A DNA stretch of 24,000 bases from Chromobacterium violaceum ATCC 12472 (GTDB taxonomy: Bacteria > Pseudomonadota > Gammaproteobacteria > Burkholderiales > Chromobacteriaceae), in NCBI RefSeq assembly GCF_000007705.1, contig NC_005085.1:1349752-1373751 (forward strand), read 5' to 3'. This document shows positions 1 through 8,638 of the stretch, one piece after another (within the stretch, counting starts at the first letter, position 1; each line of letters starts with the position of its first letter). Both the position numbers and the translations under genes were made by a program. Below the pieces are notes generated by a model. The model made no database searches and had not been told where the DNA came from. It was given only the letters and a program-made list of their open reading frames with translations.

Positions 1-91
1 AGTCGCTTCATGTGCATGCCGGAATAGGGAGAGGAGATACGCGCCGATTCTATCAGTCAACTGCCAGGATGGCGCATTGATCATGATAAAA

Positions 92-107
92 ATAGAAATG
101 ATGCTAT
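92..107. promoter_or_regulatory. Interrupted dyad ATAG-N8-CTAT in the AT-rich leader upstream of the pirin gene (candidate regulator box)
   Basis: atag at 92-95 and its reverse complement ctat at 104-107. It sits in a locally AT-rich stretch about 70 nt upstream of the pirin ATG. Pirin genes are often controlled by a divergent LysR-type regulator, but that gene would lie off-window. Confidence 0.2.
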
Positions 108-175
108 TCAATCTATTCCATTTTAATCCTACTCCCGGCTGCTTATAGTGTGCGTATCCATTTCAGGAGACCGAC

Positions 176-877
176 ATGATCGAACGCCGCCCCTTCGCCA
201 GCTTGGGCGCAGCCCAACACGGATGGCTGGACGCCAAGCACCATTTCTCCTTCGCCGACTACCGCGATCCGGCGCGCATGCACTGGGGCGCGCTGCGGGT
301 GTGGAACGACGACACCATCGCCGCCGGCAGCGGCTTCGCACCGCATCCGCACGCCGACATGGAGATCATCACCTATGTCCGCGAGGGCGCGATCAGCCAC
401 CAGGACAACCTGGGCAACCGCGGCCGCACCGAGGCCGGCGACGTGCAGGTGATGAGCGCCGGCAGCGGCATCGTCCATTCCGAATACAACCTGGAGCCTG
501 TCGCCACCCGCATCTTCCAGATCTGGATCTATCCGGACAGCCGCGGCGGCGAGCCGTCTTGGGGCAGCAAGCCTTTTCCCAAGGCCGACCGCTCCGGCGC
601 CTTCGTCGCGCTGGCCAGCGGCATGGATGGTGACGACGGCGCGCTGCCGATACGCGCCGACGCCCGGGTGCTGGGCGCCACGCTGAAGGCAGGCGAAAGC
701 GCCGACTACCGGCTGGGCGCCGGCCGCCGCGGCTATCTGGTGCTGTCGGCCGGATCGGCCCGGGTGAACGGCGTGGCGCTGGAGACCGGCGACGGCGCGG
801 CCATCCGCCATGAAGACCTGGTCCGCGTCGAGGCCGGCGAGGATGCCGAACTGATCCTGGTGGACACCCGGGAATGA
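176..877 (+). CDS. Pirin family protein (cupin fold, quercetinase-like)
   Basis: 233-aa ORF. AGGAGA at 165-170 precedes the ATG at 176. N-terminal pirin pattern RPFASLG...HFSFADY and cupin metal-binding His motif HPHADMEIITYV. Third-position GC bias fits this frame. Confidence 0.9.
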   Translation: MIERRPFASLGAAQHGWLDAKHHFSFADYRDPARMHWGALRVWNDDTIAAGSGFAPHPHADMEIITYVREGAISHQDNLGNRGRTEAGDVQVMSAGSGIVHSEYNLEPVATRIFQIWIYPDSRGGEPSWGSKPFPKADRSGAFVALASGMDGDDGALPIRADARVLGATLKAGESADYRLGAGRRGYLVLSAGSARVNGVALETGDGAAIRHEDLVRVEAGEDAELILVDTRE

Positions 878-958
878 CACGCCTGGCGCGCAGGGGCGGC
901 GGCCCCTCTGGCGCCGGCTCATCGAATCGGCCGCCGCCATGCACACAATGGAGAAACC

Positions 959-1615
959 GTGATGAAACCCACCGCTAGCGCCGCCCCCAGCCCGTTGCTG
1001 CTGACCCCGCGCGATCACACCTTGATCCTGATCGACTACCAGTCGCAGATGGCCTTCGCCACCCATTCCATCGATATCCCGACGCTGCGCAACAACGCCG
1101 GCCTGGTCGCCAGCGCCGCCGCCGGATTCGGCGTGTCCGCCATCCTCACCACCGTGGCCGAGAAAAGCTTTTCCGGCCCGATGTTCGACGAGGTGACCGC
1201 GCCGTTCCCGGACTTGCGCATGCTGGACCGCACGTCGATGAACACCTGGGAAGACGCCGCGGTGATCGACCGCGTCAACCAGATCGGCAAGGGCCGCATC
1301 GTGCTGGCCGGCCTGTGGACCAGCGTCTGCATCGTCGGGCCGGCGCTGTCCGCGCTGGACCAGGGCTTCGAGGTTTACGTGATCGCCGACGCCTGCGGCG
1401 ACATTTCGGCCGAGGCGCACGAGCGCGCGATGCAGCGCATGGTGCAGGCCGGGGCGCGGCCCATCACTTCGCTGCAGTATCTGCTGGAACTGCAGCGCGA
1501 CTGGGCGCGCACGGACACCTATGAGCTGACCACCGGCATCGCCGCCAAGCTGGGCGGCGGCTACGGCCTGGGCATCCGCTACGCGAAAACCATGTTCGGC
1601 GGCCACGAAGGCTGA
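959..1615 (+). CDS. Isochorismatase-family cysteine hydrolase
   Basis: 218-aa ORF. GGAGAA at 950-955; the start is GTG 959 or the adjacent ATG 962. Family motifs LILIDYQ near the N-terminus and GLWTSVCIVGPA (catalytic Cys region). Confidence 0.88.
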   Translation: MMKPTASAAPSPLLLTPRDHTLILIDYQSQMAFATHSIDIPTLRNNAGLVASAAAGFGVSAILTTVAEKSFSGPMFDEVTAPFPDLRMLDRTSMNTWEDAAVIDRVNQIGKGRIVLAGLWTSVCIVGPALSALDQGFEVYVIADACGDISAEAHERAMQRMVQAGARPITSLQYLLELQRDWARTDTYELTTGIAAKLGGGYGLGIRYAKTMFGGHEG

Positions 1616-1678
1616 TTGCCGCGCCGCCGCCGGCCGCGCGTCCGCCGGCGGCGGCCGATATCCAGGGGAGAAGCCACC

Positions 1679-3559
1679 ATGGCTATAGCTGATGTGATTC
1701 TGCGCAATGGCCGCATCGCCACGCTGGACCGGCGGCGGCCGCAGGCGAGCGCCGTCGCCGTCAAGGACGGCCGCTTCCTCGCGGTGGGGGAGGAGGCGGA
1801 GATCATGGCGCTGGCCGGGCCTACCACCCGCGTCGTCGATCTCAAGGGCCGCCGCGCGCTGCCCGGCCTGATCGACAACCACACCCATCTGGTGCGCGGC
1901 GGGCTCAACTTCAATATGGAGCTGCGCTGGGACGGCGTGCGCTCGCTGGCCGACGCGATGGACATGCTGCGGCGGCAGGTGGCCGTCACGCCCGCCCCGC
2001 AATGGGTGCGGGTGGTGGGCGGCTTCACCGAGCACCAGTTCGTCGAAAAGCGGCTGCCCACGCTGGACGAGATCAACGCCGTCGCGCCGGACACGCCGGT
2101 CTTCCTGCTGCACCTGTATGACCGCGCCCTGCTCAACGGCGCCGCGTTGCGCGCCGTCGGCTACGGCCTCGACACGCCGGCGCCGCCGGGCGGGGAGATC
2201 GTCCGCGACGGCGGCGGCAACCCTACCGGTCTGCTGTTGGCCAAGCCCAATGCCGCCATCCTGTATGCGACGCTGGCCAAGGGGCCCAAGCTGCCGTTCG
2301 ACTACCAGCTCAACTCCACCCGCCACTTCATGCGCGAACTGAACCGCCTGGGCGTGACCGGCGTCATCGACGCCGGCGGCGGCTTCCAGAACTACCCGGA
2401 CGATTACCAGGTGATCCGGCAACTGGCCGACGCCGGACAGATGACGGTGCGGCTGGCCTACAATCTGTTCACCCAGAAGCCGAAGGCGGAAAAGGAGGAT
2501 TTCCTGGCCTGGACCGCCGGCGTCCGCTACAAACAGGGCGACGACTATTTCCGCCACAACGGCGCTGGCGAGATGCTGGTGTTTTCCGCCGCCGATTTCG
2601 AAGACTTCCGCCAGCCGCGGCCCGAGATGCCGGCGGAAATGGAGGGCGAGCTGGAAGAGGTGGTGCGCGTCCTGGCGCAGAACCGCTGGCCGTGGCGGCT
2701 GCACGCCACCTACGACGAAACCATCTCCCGCGCGCTGGACGTGTTCGAGAAGGTGGACCGCGACATCCCCTTGCAAGGGCTGAACTGGTTCTTCGACCAC
2801 GCCGAGACCATCTCCGAGCGCTCGATGGACCGCATCGCCGCGCTGGGCGGCGGCATCGCGGTGCAGCACCGGATGGCCTACCAGGGCGAGTACTTCGTCG
2901 AGCGCTACGGCGCGGCGGCGGCCGAGGCCACGCCGCCGATCGCCCGCATGCTGGAAAAGGGACTGAAAGTGTCGGCCGGCACCGACGCCACCCGCGTCGC
3001 CTCCTACAATCCCTGGGTGTCGCTGGCGTGGATGATCACCGGCAAGACCGTAGGCGGCCTGCGGCTCTACCCGCAGCGCAACTGCCTGGACCGCGAAACC
3101 GCGCTGCGGATGTGGACCGAGCACGTGGCCTGGTTCACCGACGAGGAGGGCGGGCGCGGCCGCATCGAGGCCGGCCAGCTGGCCGACCTGGTCGTGCCGG
3201 ACAAAGACTTCTTCTCCTGCCCGGAGGATGACATCTCCTTTCTGGTGTCGGAGCTGACCATGGTGGGCGGCCGCATCGTCTACGCCGCGGGCGGTTTCGC
3301 CGCGCTGGACGACAATCCTTTGCCGCCGGCGATGCCGGACTGGTCGCCGGCGCGGACCTTCAAGGGATACGCCGCCTGGGGCGATCCAGACGGCGCCGGC
3401 CGCCATTCGCTGCAGCGCCGGGCCGTGGCCGCTTGCGGCTGCGCCAATGCCTGCGGCCTGCACGGCCACCAGCATGCGCGGGCCTGGGGGACGGCGTTGC
3501 CGGTATCGGACGCCAAGGGTTTTTTCGGCGCGCTCGGCTGCTCCTGCTGGGCGGTGTGA
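1679..3559 (+). CDS. Metal-dependent amidohydrolase (YtcJ-like, amidohydrolase_3 family) with Cys/His-rich C-terminal tail
   Basis: The track ORF is 1616-3559. I prefer the internal ATG at 1679 (MAIADVILRNGRIATLD, typical N-terminus), which is preceded by GGGGAGAA. Metal-binding motif LPGLIDNHTHL and later GTDA. The 21 codons upstream are Arg-rich and unlike protein. Confidence 0.88.
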   Translation: MAIADVILRNGRIATLDRRRPQASAVAVKDGRFLAVGEEAEIMALAGPTTRVVDLKGRRALPGLIDNHTHLVRGGLNFNMELRWDGVRSLADAMDMLRRQVAVTPAPQWVRVVGGFTEHQFVEKRLPTLDEINAVAPDTPVFLLHLYDRALLNGAALRAVGYGLDTPAPPGGEIVRDGGGNPTGLLLAKPNAAILYATLAKGPKLPFDYQLNSTRHFMRELNRLGVTGVIDAGGGFQNYPDDYQVIRQLADAGQMTVRLAYNLFTQKPKAEKEDFLAWTAGVRYKQGDDYFRHNGAGEMLVFSAADFEDFRQPRPEMPAEMEGELEEVVRVLAQNRWPWRLHATYDETISRALDVFEKVDRDIPLQGLNWFFDHAETISERSMDRIAALGGGIAVQHRMAYQGEYFVERYGAAAAEATPPIARMLEKGLKVSAGTDATRVASYNPWVSLAWMITGKTVGGLRLYPQRNCLDRETALRMWTEHVAWFTDEEGGRGRIEAGQLADLVVPDKDFFSCPEDDISFLVSELTMVGGRIVYAAGGFAALDDNPLPPAMPDWSPARTFKGYAAWGDPDGAGRHSLQRRAVAACGCANACGLHGHQHARAWGTALPVSDAKGFFGALGCSCWAV

Positions 3560-3607
3560 GAGGCGCGGCAAGGCCTCGGCGAGCTTGCTTCACGTTAAGG
3601 TTTCGTT

Positions 3608-3633
3608 CCGGGCATTTGGTGTAGAATGCCCGG
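3608..3633 (+). promoter_or_regulatory. Hairpin/dyad ccgggcat-N10-atgcccgg containing a TAGAAT -10-like hexamer, upstream of glyA
   Basis: 8-bp perfect inverted repeat (3608-3615 / 3626-3633). TAGAAT lies at 3622-3627, about 37 nt upstream of the glyA ATG. Either a promoter/operator or a structured leader; not resolvable by eye. Confidence 0.25.
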
Positions 3634-3663
3634 ATCGTTAACCCTTTGATGGATGAGTCAAAG

Positions 3664-4911
3664 ATGTTCGCTGCTGACCAGACGATCGCCAAATTCGACC
3701 CAGAACTCGCCGCCGCCATCGCGGCTGAATGCCAACGCCAGGAAGATCACATCGAGCTGATCGCCTCGGAAAACTACACCAGCCCGGCCGTCATGGAAGC
3801 CCAAGGCTCCCAGCTGACCAACAAGTACGCCGAAGGCTATCCGGGCAAGCGCTTCTACGGCGGTTGCGAGCATGTGGATGTCGTCGAGCAACTGGCCATC
3901 GACCGCGTCAAGCAGCTGTTCGGCGCCGAATACGCCAACGTGCAGCCGCACTCCGGCTCCCAGGCCAACCAGGCGGTGTACTTCTCCATCCTGAAGCCGG
4001 GCGACACCGTGATGGGCATGAACCTGGGCCACGGCGGCCACCTGACCCACGGCTCCCCGGCTAACCTGTCCGGCAAGATGTTCAACATCGTCGCCTACGG
4101 CCTGAACGACAAGGAAGAAATCGACTACGACGACATGGAGCGCGTGGCGATGGAAACCAAGCCGAAGCTGATCATCGGCGGCGCGTCCGCCTACGCGCTG
4201 CGCTTCGACTTCGAGCGCATGGGCCAGATCGCCAAGAAAGTCGGCGCCTACTTCATGGTCGACATGGCCCACTACGCCGGCCTGGTGGCCGCGGGCCTGT
4301 ACCCGAACCCGGTGCCGCACGCCGACTTCGTGACCTCCACCACCCACAAGACCCTGCGCGGTCCGCGCGGCGGCATCATCCTGGCCAAGGCAGAGTTCGA
4401 GAAGAGCATCAACAGCAACGTGTTCCCGACGCTGCAGGGCGGTCCGCTGGAGCATGTGATCGCCGCCAAGGCCGTCGCCTTCAAGGAAGCGCTGCAGCCG
4501 GCATTCAAGGAATACCAGCAGCAGGTGCTGAAGAACGCCGCCATCATGGCCAAGACCCTGGCCGAGCGCGGTTTGCGCATCGTGTCCGGCCGCACCGAGA
4601 GCCACGTGTTCCTGGTGGACCTGCGCGCCAAGGGCCTGACCGGCAAGCAAGCCGACGCGCTGCTGGGCCGCGCCCACATCACCGTCAACAAGAACGCGAT
4701 CCCGAACGATCCGGAAACCCCGTTCGTCACCTCCGGCATCCGCATCGGCTCCCCGGCCATCACCACCCGCGGCTTCAAGGAAGCCGAGGCCATCGAAGTG
4801 GCCAATATGGTCGCCGACGTGCTGGACAACCCGAACGACGACGCGCTGATCGCCCGCATCGCCGAGAAGGCCACCGCGCTGTGCCACCGCTTCCCGGTGT
4901 ACGCCAAGTAA
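3664..4911 (+). CDS. glyA: Serine hydroxymethyltransferase
   Basis: Unmistakable SHMT sequence: [22 protein letters not shown]-lysine motif [25 protein letters not shown]. The track ORF starts at TTG 3646. ATG 3664 ([15 protein letters not shown]) matches typical betaproteobacterial GlyA N-termini. Confidence 0.97.
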   Translation: MFAADQTIAKFDPELAAAIAAECQRQEDHIELIASENYTSPAVMEAQGSQLTNKYAEGYPGKRFYGGCEHVDVVEQLAIDRVKQLFGAEYANVQPHSGSQANQAVYFSILKPGDTVMGMNLGHGGHLTHGSPANLSGKMFNIVAYGLNDKEEIDYDDMERVAMETKPKLIIGGASAYALRFDFERMGQIAKKVGAYFMVDMAHYAGLVAAGLYPNPVPHADFVTSTTHKTLRGPRGGIILAKAEFEKSINSNVFPTLQGGPLEHVIAAKAVAFKEALQPAFKEYQQQVLKNAAIMAKTLAERGLRIVSGRTESHVFLVDLRAKGLTGKQADALLGRAHITVNKNAIPNDPETPFVTSGIRIGSPAITTRGFKEAEAIEVANMVADVLDNPNDDALIARIAEKATALCHRFPVYAK

Positions 4912-4936
4912 TCGACCGGTTCGCCGGATGCAGAAC

Positions 4937-4963
4937 AGCCGCCCCAGGGGCGGCTTTTTCTTT
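4937..4963 (+). terminator. Rho-independent terminator after glyA
   Basis: GC-rich inverted repeat agccgcccc / ggggcggct (4937-4955) followed by tttttcttt. Confidence 0.8.
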
Positions 4964-5053
4964 GCGCCAGGCCAGGCTTCGTCCATGGCCGGCGGTGCGG
5001 GCGGGCGGCATTGCTGATAACATCCAACTATTGCAACCCACAGGATTATTGTC

Positions 5054-5512
5054 ATGAAATGCGCGTTTTGTGGCAACCCGGACACCCAGGTGATCGATTC
5101 CCGCGTCAGCGAGGACGGCAGCAGCATCCGCCGCCGCCGCCGCTGCCCGGCCTGCGACAAGCGTTTCACGACCTTCGAAACCGCCGATGTGCGCATGCCG
5201 CAGGTGGTGAAGACCGCCGGACACCGTTCCGAGTTCGACATCGAGAAAGTGCGCACCAGCTTCCTGCGCGCGCTGCACAAGCGGCCGGTGTCCACCACGC
5301 TGGTGGACGAGGCGATAGACCGCATCTGCCACAAGCTGCTGCAGCTGGGCGAGCGCGAGGTCAGCAGCCGCCAGATCGGCGAGATGGTGATGAACGAGCT
5401 GGCGCGGCTGGACAAGGTGGCTTATGTGCGTTTCGCGTCGGTTTACCGCAGCTTCCAGGATATTTCCGAGTTCACCGACGCGATCAAGGAAATCCAGAAG
5501 TCCTCGCATTGA
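5054..5512 (+). CDS. nrdR: Transcriptional repressor NrdR (zinc ribbon + ATP-cone)
   Basis: 152-aa ORF with the canonical N-terminus [17 protein letters not shown] and second zinc-ribbon pair [12 protein letters not shown], followed by an ATP-cone-like region. Confidence 0.96.
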   Translation: MKCAFCGNPDTQVIDSRVSEDGSSIRRRRRCPACDKRFTTFETADVRMPQVVKTAGHRSEFDIEKVRTSFLRALHKRPVSTTLVDEAIDRICHKLLQLGEREVSSRQIGEMVMNELARLDKVAYVRFASVYRSFQDISEFTDAIKEIQKSSH

Positions 5513-5569
5513 CGGCGGCATGGCCGCTTGATTAGCCTTGGTGATTCAATTGTCATTTTGCGAGACACC

Positions 5570-6118
5570 ATGAGCGCCATCGTCCAGAAACGCATCGTCC
5601 TGCTGCCGCCCGACATCATTCACGCCGGGCGGCTGTTCGCATTGATAGATCAGAGCCGCGACACGCTGCGCGCCTGGCTGCCCTGGGTGGATGCCACCCG
5701 CAACGAGGAGGACAGCCGGCAGTTCCTGGCCGGCGTCGCCGAAGGCGCGCGCAATGGCTCGGTTTGCGCGAGCTGGCTGATCGAGCGGGATGGCGAACTG
5801 GCCGGCTGCATCGACATCCACGGCATCAGCAAGCTGCATCGCTCCGGCTTCCTGGGCTACTGGCTGGCCGATCGCTTCGTCGGCAAGGGCGTGATGAGCG
5901 AGGCCGCGGCGCAGGCGCTGGACATCGGTTTCGGCGCGCTGGAGCTGAACCGGATCGTCATCGTGGCCGGCGTGGAGAACGACCGCAGCCGCGCGGTGGC
6001 CGAACGCCTGGGCTTCGTCCGCGAGGGCGTGCAGCGCGAGGGGCTGCATCTGGACGGCCGTTATCATGATGCCTGCCAGTACAGCATGCTGGCCGGCGAG
6101 TGGCGGGCGCGGCGATGA
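5570..6118 (+). CDS. GNAT family N-acetyltransferase, RimJ/RimL-like (copy 1)
   Basis: Track ORF 5528-6118 starts at TTG; I prefer ATG 5570 (MSAIVQKRIVLLPPD). Acetyltransferase core LGYWLADRFVGKGVMSEAA ... ENDRSRAVAERLGFVREG. Its stop overlaps the next start (ATGA at 6115-6118). Confidence 0.85.
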   Translation: MSAIVQKRIVLLPPDIIHAGRLFALIDQSRDTLRAWLPWVDATRNEEDSRQFLAGVAEGARNGSVCASWLIERDGELAGCIDIHGISKLHRSGFLGYWLADRFVGKGVMSEAAAQALDIGFGALELNRIVIVAGVENDRSRAVAERLGFVREGVQREGLHLDGRYHDACQYSMLAGEWRARR

Positions 6119-6648
6119 GCCTGGTGGAGATCCGCCCGCCCGAGCCGGCGCGCGACGCCGCGCGGGTCTACGCGCTGATCGAGCGCCACCGCGCCACCTT
6201 GTCGCAATGGATGGCCGGCATCGTCAGGCCGCGATCGGCGGCGGATACCGAAGCCTTTCTTTGGTCGCAAGCGGAAGGCAATGAGGAAGGGCGCTGCGCG
6301 CACCGGGTAATACTGGTGGACGGCAAAATCGCAGGCATCTGTTCGCTGCACGGCATCAATGCCGCGCACCGCTACGCGCGCTTGGGCTACTGGCTGGCCG
6401 ACAGCCATGTCGGCCGGGGGGTGATGTCGCGCGCGCTGGCGCTGCTGATGCGCTACGCTTTCGAGGAGCTGGGACTGCACCGGCTGGAGCTGGGCTGCGC
6501 GCCGGAAAACCTGCGCAGCTGCCGCGTCGCCGAGCGCCTGGGCTTCCGGCTGGAGGGCGAGCTGCGCGACGCGCAGTTCCTCAATGGACGTTTCTGGAAT
6601 ATGCGTTGTTACGGCCTGCTGGCCGATGAGTGGAAGAATCGAAGATGA
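6115..6648 (+). CDS. GNAT family N-acetyltransferase, RimJ/RimL-like (copy 2, paralog of copy 1)
   Basis: ATG 6115 overlaps the upstream stop (ATGA). Core LGYWLADSHVGRGVMSRAL ... ENLRSCRVAERLGFRLEG is collinear with copy 1. Its stop overlaps the ribD start (ATGA at 6645-6648). Confidence 0.85.
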   Translation: MSLVEIRPPEPARDAARVYALIERHRATLSQWMAGIVRPRSAADTEAFLWSQAEGNEEGRCAHRVILVDGKIAGICSLHGINAAHRYARLGYWLADSHVGRGVMSRALALLMRYAFEELGLHRLELGCAPENLRSCRVAERLGFRLEGELRDAQFLNGRFWNMRCYGLLADEWKNRR

Positions 6649-7751
6649 CGGACTACAGCGCCGACGACTACCTGTACATGCAGCGCGCGCTGCGCCTGGC
6701 CGAGGGCGCGACGCGCCGGGCCGCGCCCAATCCCGGCGTCGGCTGCGTGCTGGTCAATCATGGCCGGGTGGTGGGCGAGGGCGCGACGCTGGCGCTGGGT
6801 TCCGACCACGCCGAAGTCCAGGCGATCAAGGACTGCCTGGCGCGCGGCGAAAGCCCGCGCGGCGCCACCGCCTACGTGACGCTGGAACCCTGCAGCCACC
6901 ACGGGCGCACGCCGCCCTGCGCGGAGAGGCTGGTCAAGGAGGGCGTCGCGCGGGTGGTGGCGGCGATGGTGGACCCCTATCATGAAGTGTCGGGCCGCGG
7001 CATCGCCATGCTGCGCGCCGCCGGCGTCGAGGCGTCTGCCGGGCTGATGGAAGCCCAGGCGCGGCGGGCGCACCGCGGCTTCCTGTCGCGCGTCGAGCGC
7101 GGCAGGCCCTGGGTCACGTTGAAGGCCGCCGCCACGCTGGACGGCAAGACCGCGCTGCTGAACGGCCGCAGCAAATGGATCACCGGGCCGGAGGCGCGGA
7201 TGGACGTGCAGCGGCTGCGCGCCGCGCATTGCGCGATCCTCACCGGCAGCGGCACCGTGTTGGCCGACGATCCGCAGCTGACCGTGCGGGAACTGCAGGT
7301 GGCCTCGCAGCCCTGGCGGGTGGTGCTGGACGGCGATTTGCGCACTGATCCGGCCGCGCGCGTCTACCAGGGCGGCGGCGCCTGGCTGGCCAGTTGCGCG
7401 GCGGACGCGGGCCGCTTGGCGGCGTTCCGCGGGCGAGGGGTGGAGGTTTTGACGCTGGCGCGCCTGGGTGGCAAGGCGGATCTGGCTGATCTGCTGGCGC
7501 AGCTGGCCGGGCGTGGCGTCAACGAACTGATGGTGGAAGCCGGCGCCGGCCTCAACGGCGCCATGCTGCGGGCCGGGCTGGTGGACGAGATCGTGCTGTA
7601 CCTGGCGCCGTCCCTGGCCGGCGACGCCGCGCGCGGGCTGTTCGCCTGGCCGGCGCTGGACGATCTGGCCGACAAGGTCGAACTGGATGTCGCCGACGTC
7701 GGCATGGTGGGGCGGGACCTGAGGCTGACGCTGCGCCCGCGCGGCGCTTAG
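6645..7751 (+). CDS. ribD: Bifunctional riboflavin biosynthesis protein RibD (pyrimidine deaminase / uracil reductase)
   Basis: Deaminase zinc motifs HAEVQAI and PCSHHGRTPPC. Reductase half WVTLKAAATLDGKTA ... ELMVEAGAGLNGA. ATG 6645 is preferred over the track start 6630 because of the ATGA overlap and the typical N-terminus DDYLYMQRALRLA. Confidence 0.95.
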   Translation: MTDYSADDYLYMQRALRLAEGATRRAAPNPGVGCVLVNHGRVVGEGATLALGSDHAEVQAIKDCLARGESPRGATAYVTLEPCSHHGRTPPCAERLVKEGVARVVAAMVDPYHEVSGRGIAMLRAAGVEASAGLMEAQARRAHRGFLSRVERGRPWVTLKAAATLDGKTALLNGRSKWITGPEARMDVQRLRAAHCAILTGSGTVLADDPQLTVRELQVASQPWRVVLDGDLRTDPAARVYQGGGAWLASCAADAGRLAAFRGRGVEVLTLARLGGKADLADLLAQLAGRGVNELMVEAGAGLNGAMLRAGLVDEIVLYLAPSLAGDAARGLFAWPALDDLADKVELDVADVGMVGRDLRLTLRPRGA

Positions 7752-7800
7752 CGCGCTTGTCCTCCCGCCGGCTCCGGCTGCGTTATCGCTATCGGGGCGG

Positions 7801-8490
7801 ATGGTTTTCGCCGCAATGGGAGGACGCGATGGTTGCAAGGGCTTGGGCATGAATCCCCGCGAAGCGTCGCTGGACGCTTATCTGAAATTGATCGCCAGGC
7901 TGGGCGCGTCGGACGAAGTGGTGGCCGCGCGGCGGTCCATGCTGCGTCGCCTGCTGGCCAGGCTGGCCGGCGCGAAGCGCACCGCCGACGATTACCACGC
8001 GCATGTCGACGGCTTCGTCGCGTCTTGCGAGCCGGCGGAGCGGGTGCTGGCGGTCACCTGCGCCCGCGAGTTCTATTACTTCTGGCTGGACGACATGAAG
8101 AAAATGGTGGAGATGACCGCCCGCGCCGGTTTTTCCATCCACAATCCCGCCTTTCCTTGGCATGGGGATTTCGACACGCTGCTGGGCGCGATGCGCGAGT
8201 CGGGATTTTCGCGCTTCCCGCCGTCGCTGGGGCTGTATCTGGGCAAGTCGTTCGAGGACGGCGCCGGGGAGGCCGACATCCGCCAGCGCGAGCGCCAGCT
8301 GAAGGCGCTGCTGTTCCTGCTCGATCCCCATCCGCCGACATCCAGCCATTACCGCATGGGGGTGGACGCGCTTTTGCAGCACCTGCCCGAGGGCGCGCCC
8401 CGCCAGCAGCTGCTGACCCTGGTCCGCGAGTATTTCGGCTACTGGCAATCCTTTCCCTTTTCCCATCATCGCAACAGCGGAGCGCGCTGA
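7801..8490 (+). CDS. Uncharacterised protein (no family recognised)
   Basis: The reading frame has clear third-position GC bias and a protein-like composition (e.g. CAREFYYFWLDDMKKMVEMTARAGF). The start is ambiguous (ATG 7801, 7816 or 7849) and none has a good RBS. Two overlapping Arg/Ala-rich ORFs (7833-8573 +, 7789-8517 -) look like shadows. Confidence 0.7.
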   Translation: MVFAAMGGRDGCKGLGMNPREASLDAYLKLIARLGASDEVVAARRSMLRRLLARLAGAKRTADDYHAHVDGFVASCEPAERVLAVTCAREFYYFWLDDMKKMVEMTARAGFSIHNPAFPWHGDFDTLLGAMRESGFSRFPPSLGLYLGKSFEDGAGEADIRQRERQLKALLFLLDPHPPTSSHYRMGVDALLQHLPEGAPRQQLLTLVREYFGYWQSFPFSHHRNSGAR

Positions 8491-8638
8491 AGTATTTGAT
8501 GAGCAAAACTCATTCATTTTCCTTCATTCGCCAGCCGTCGCGCGGCGCTTCTACGCTTTGTCCATTGGGATGAGTCCCCGCGATTGACCGACCAGGCAGA
8601 CGATGTGAACATGCATTTTCTACACAAAGGAGAATGCG

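Noticed and set aside
143-3571. 1142-aa stop-free ORF on the minus strand spanning three plus-strand genes and their intergenic gaps
   Set aside because: It is antisense to three ORFs with clear family motifs (pirin, isochorismatase, amidohydrolase). Its translation is dominated by Arg/Ala/Gly/Pro/His runs with no recognisable domain. This is the typical shadow ORF of high-GC DNA, where stop codons are rare in the antisense frame.
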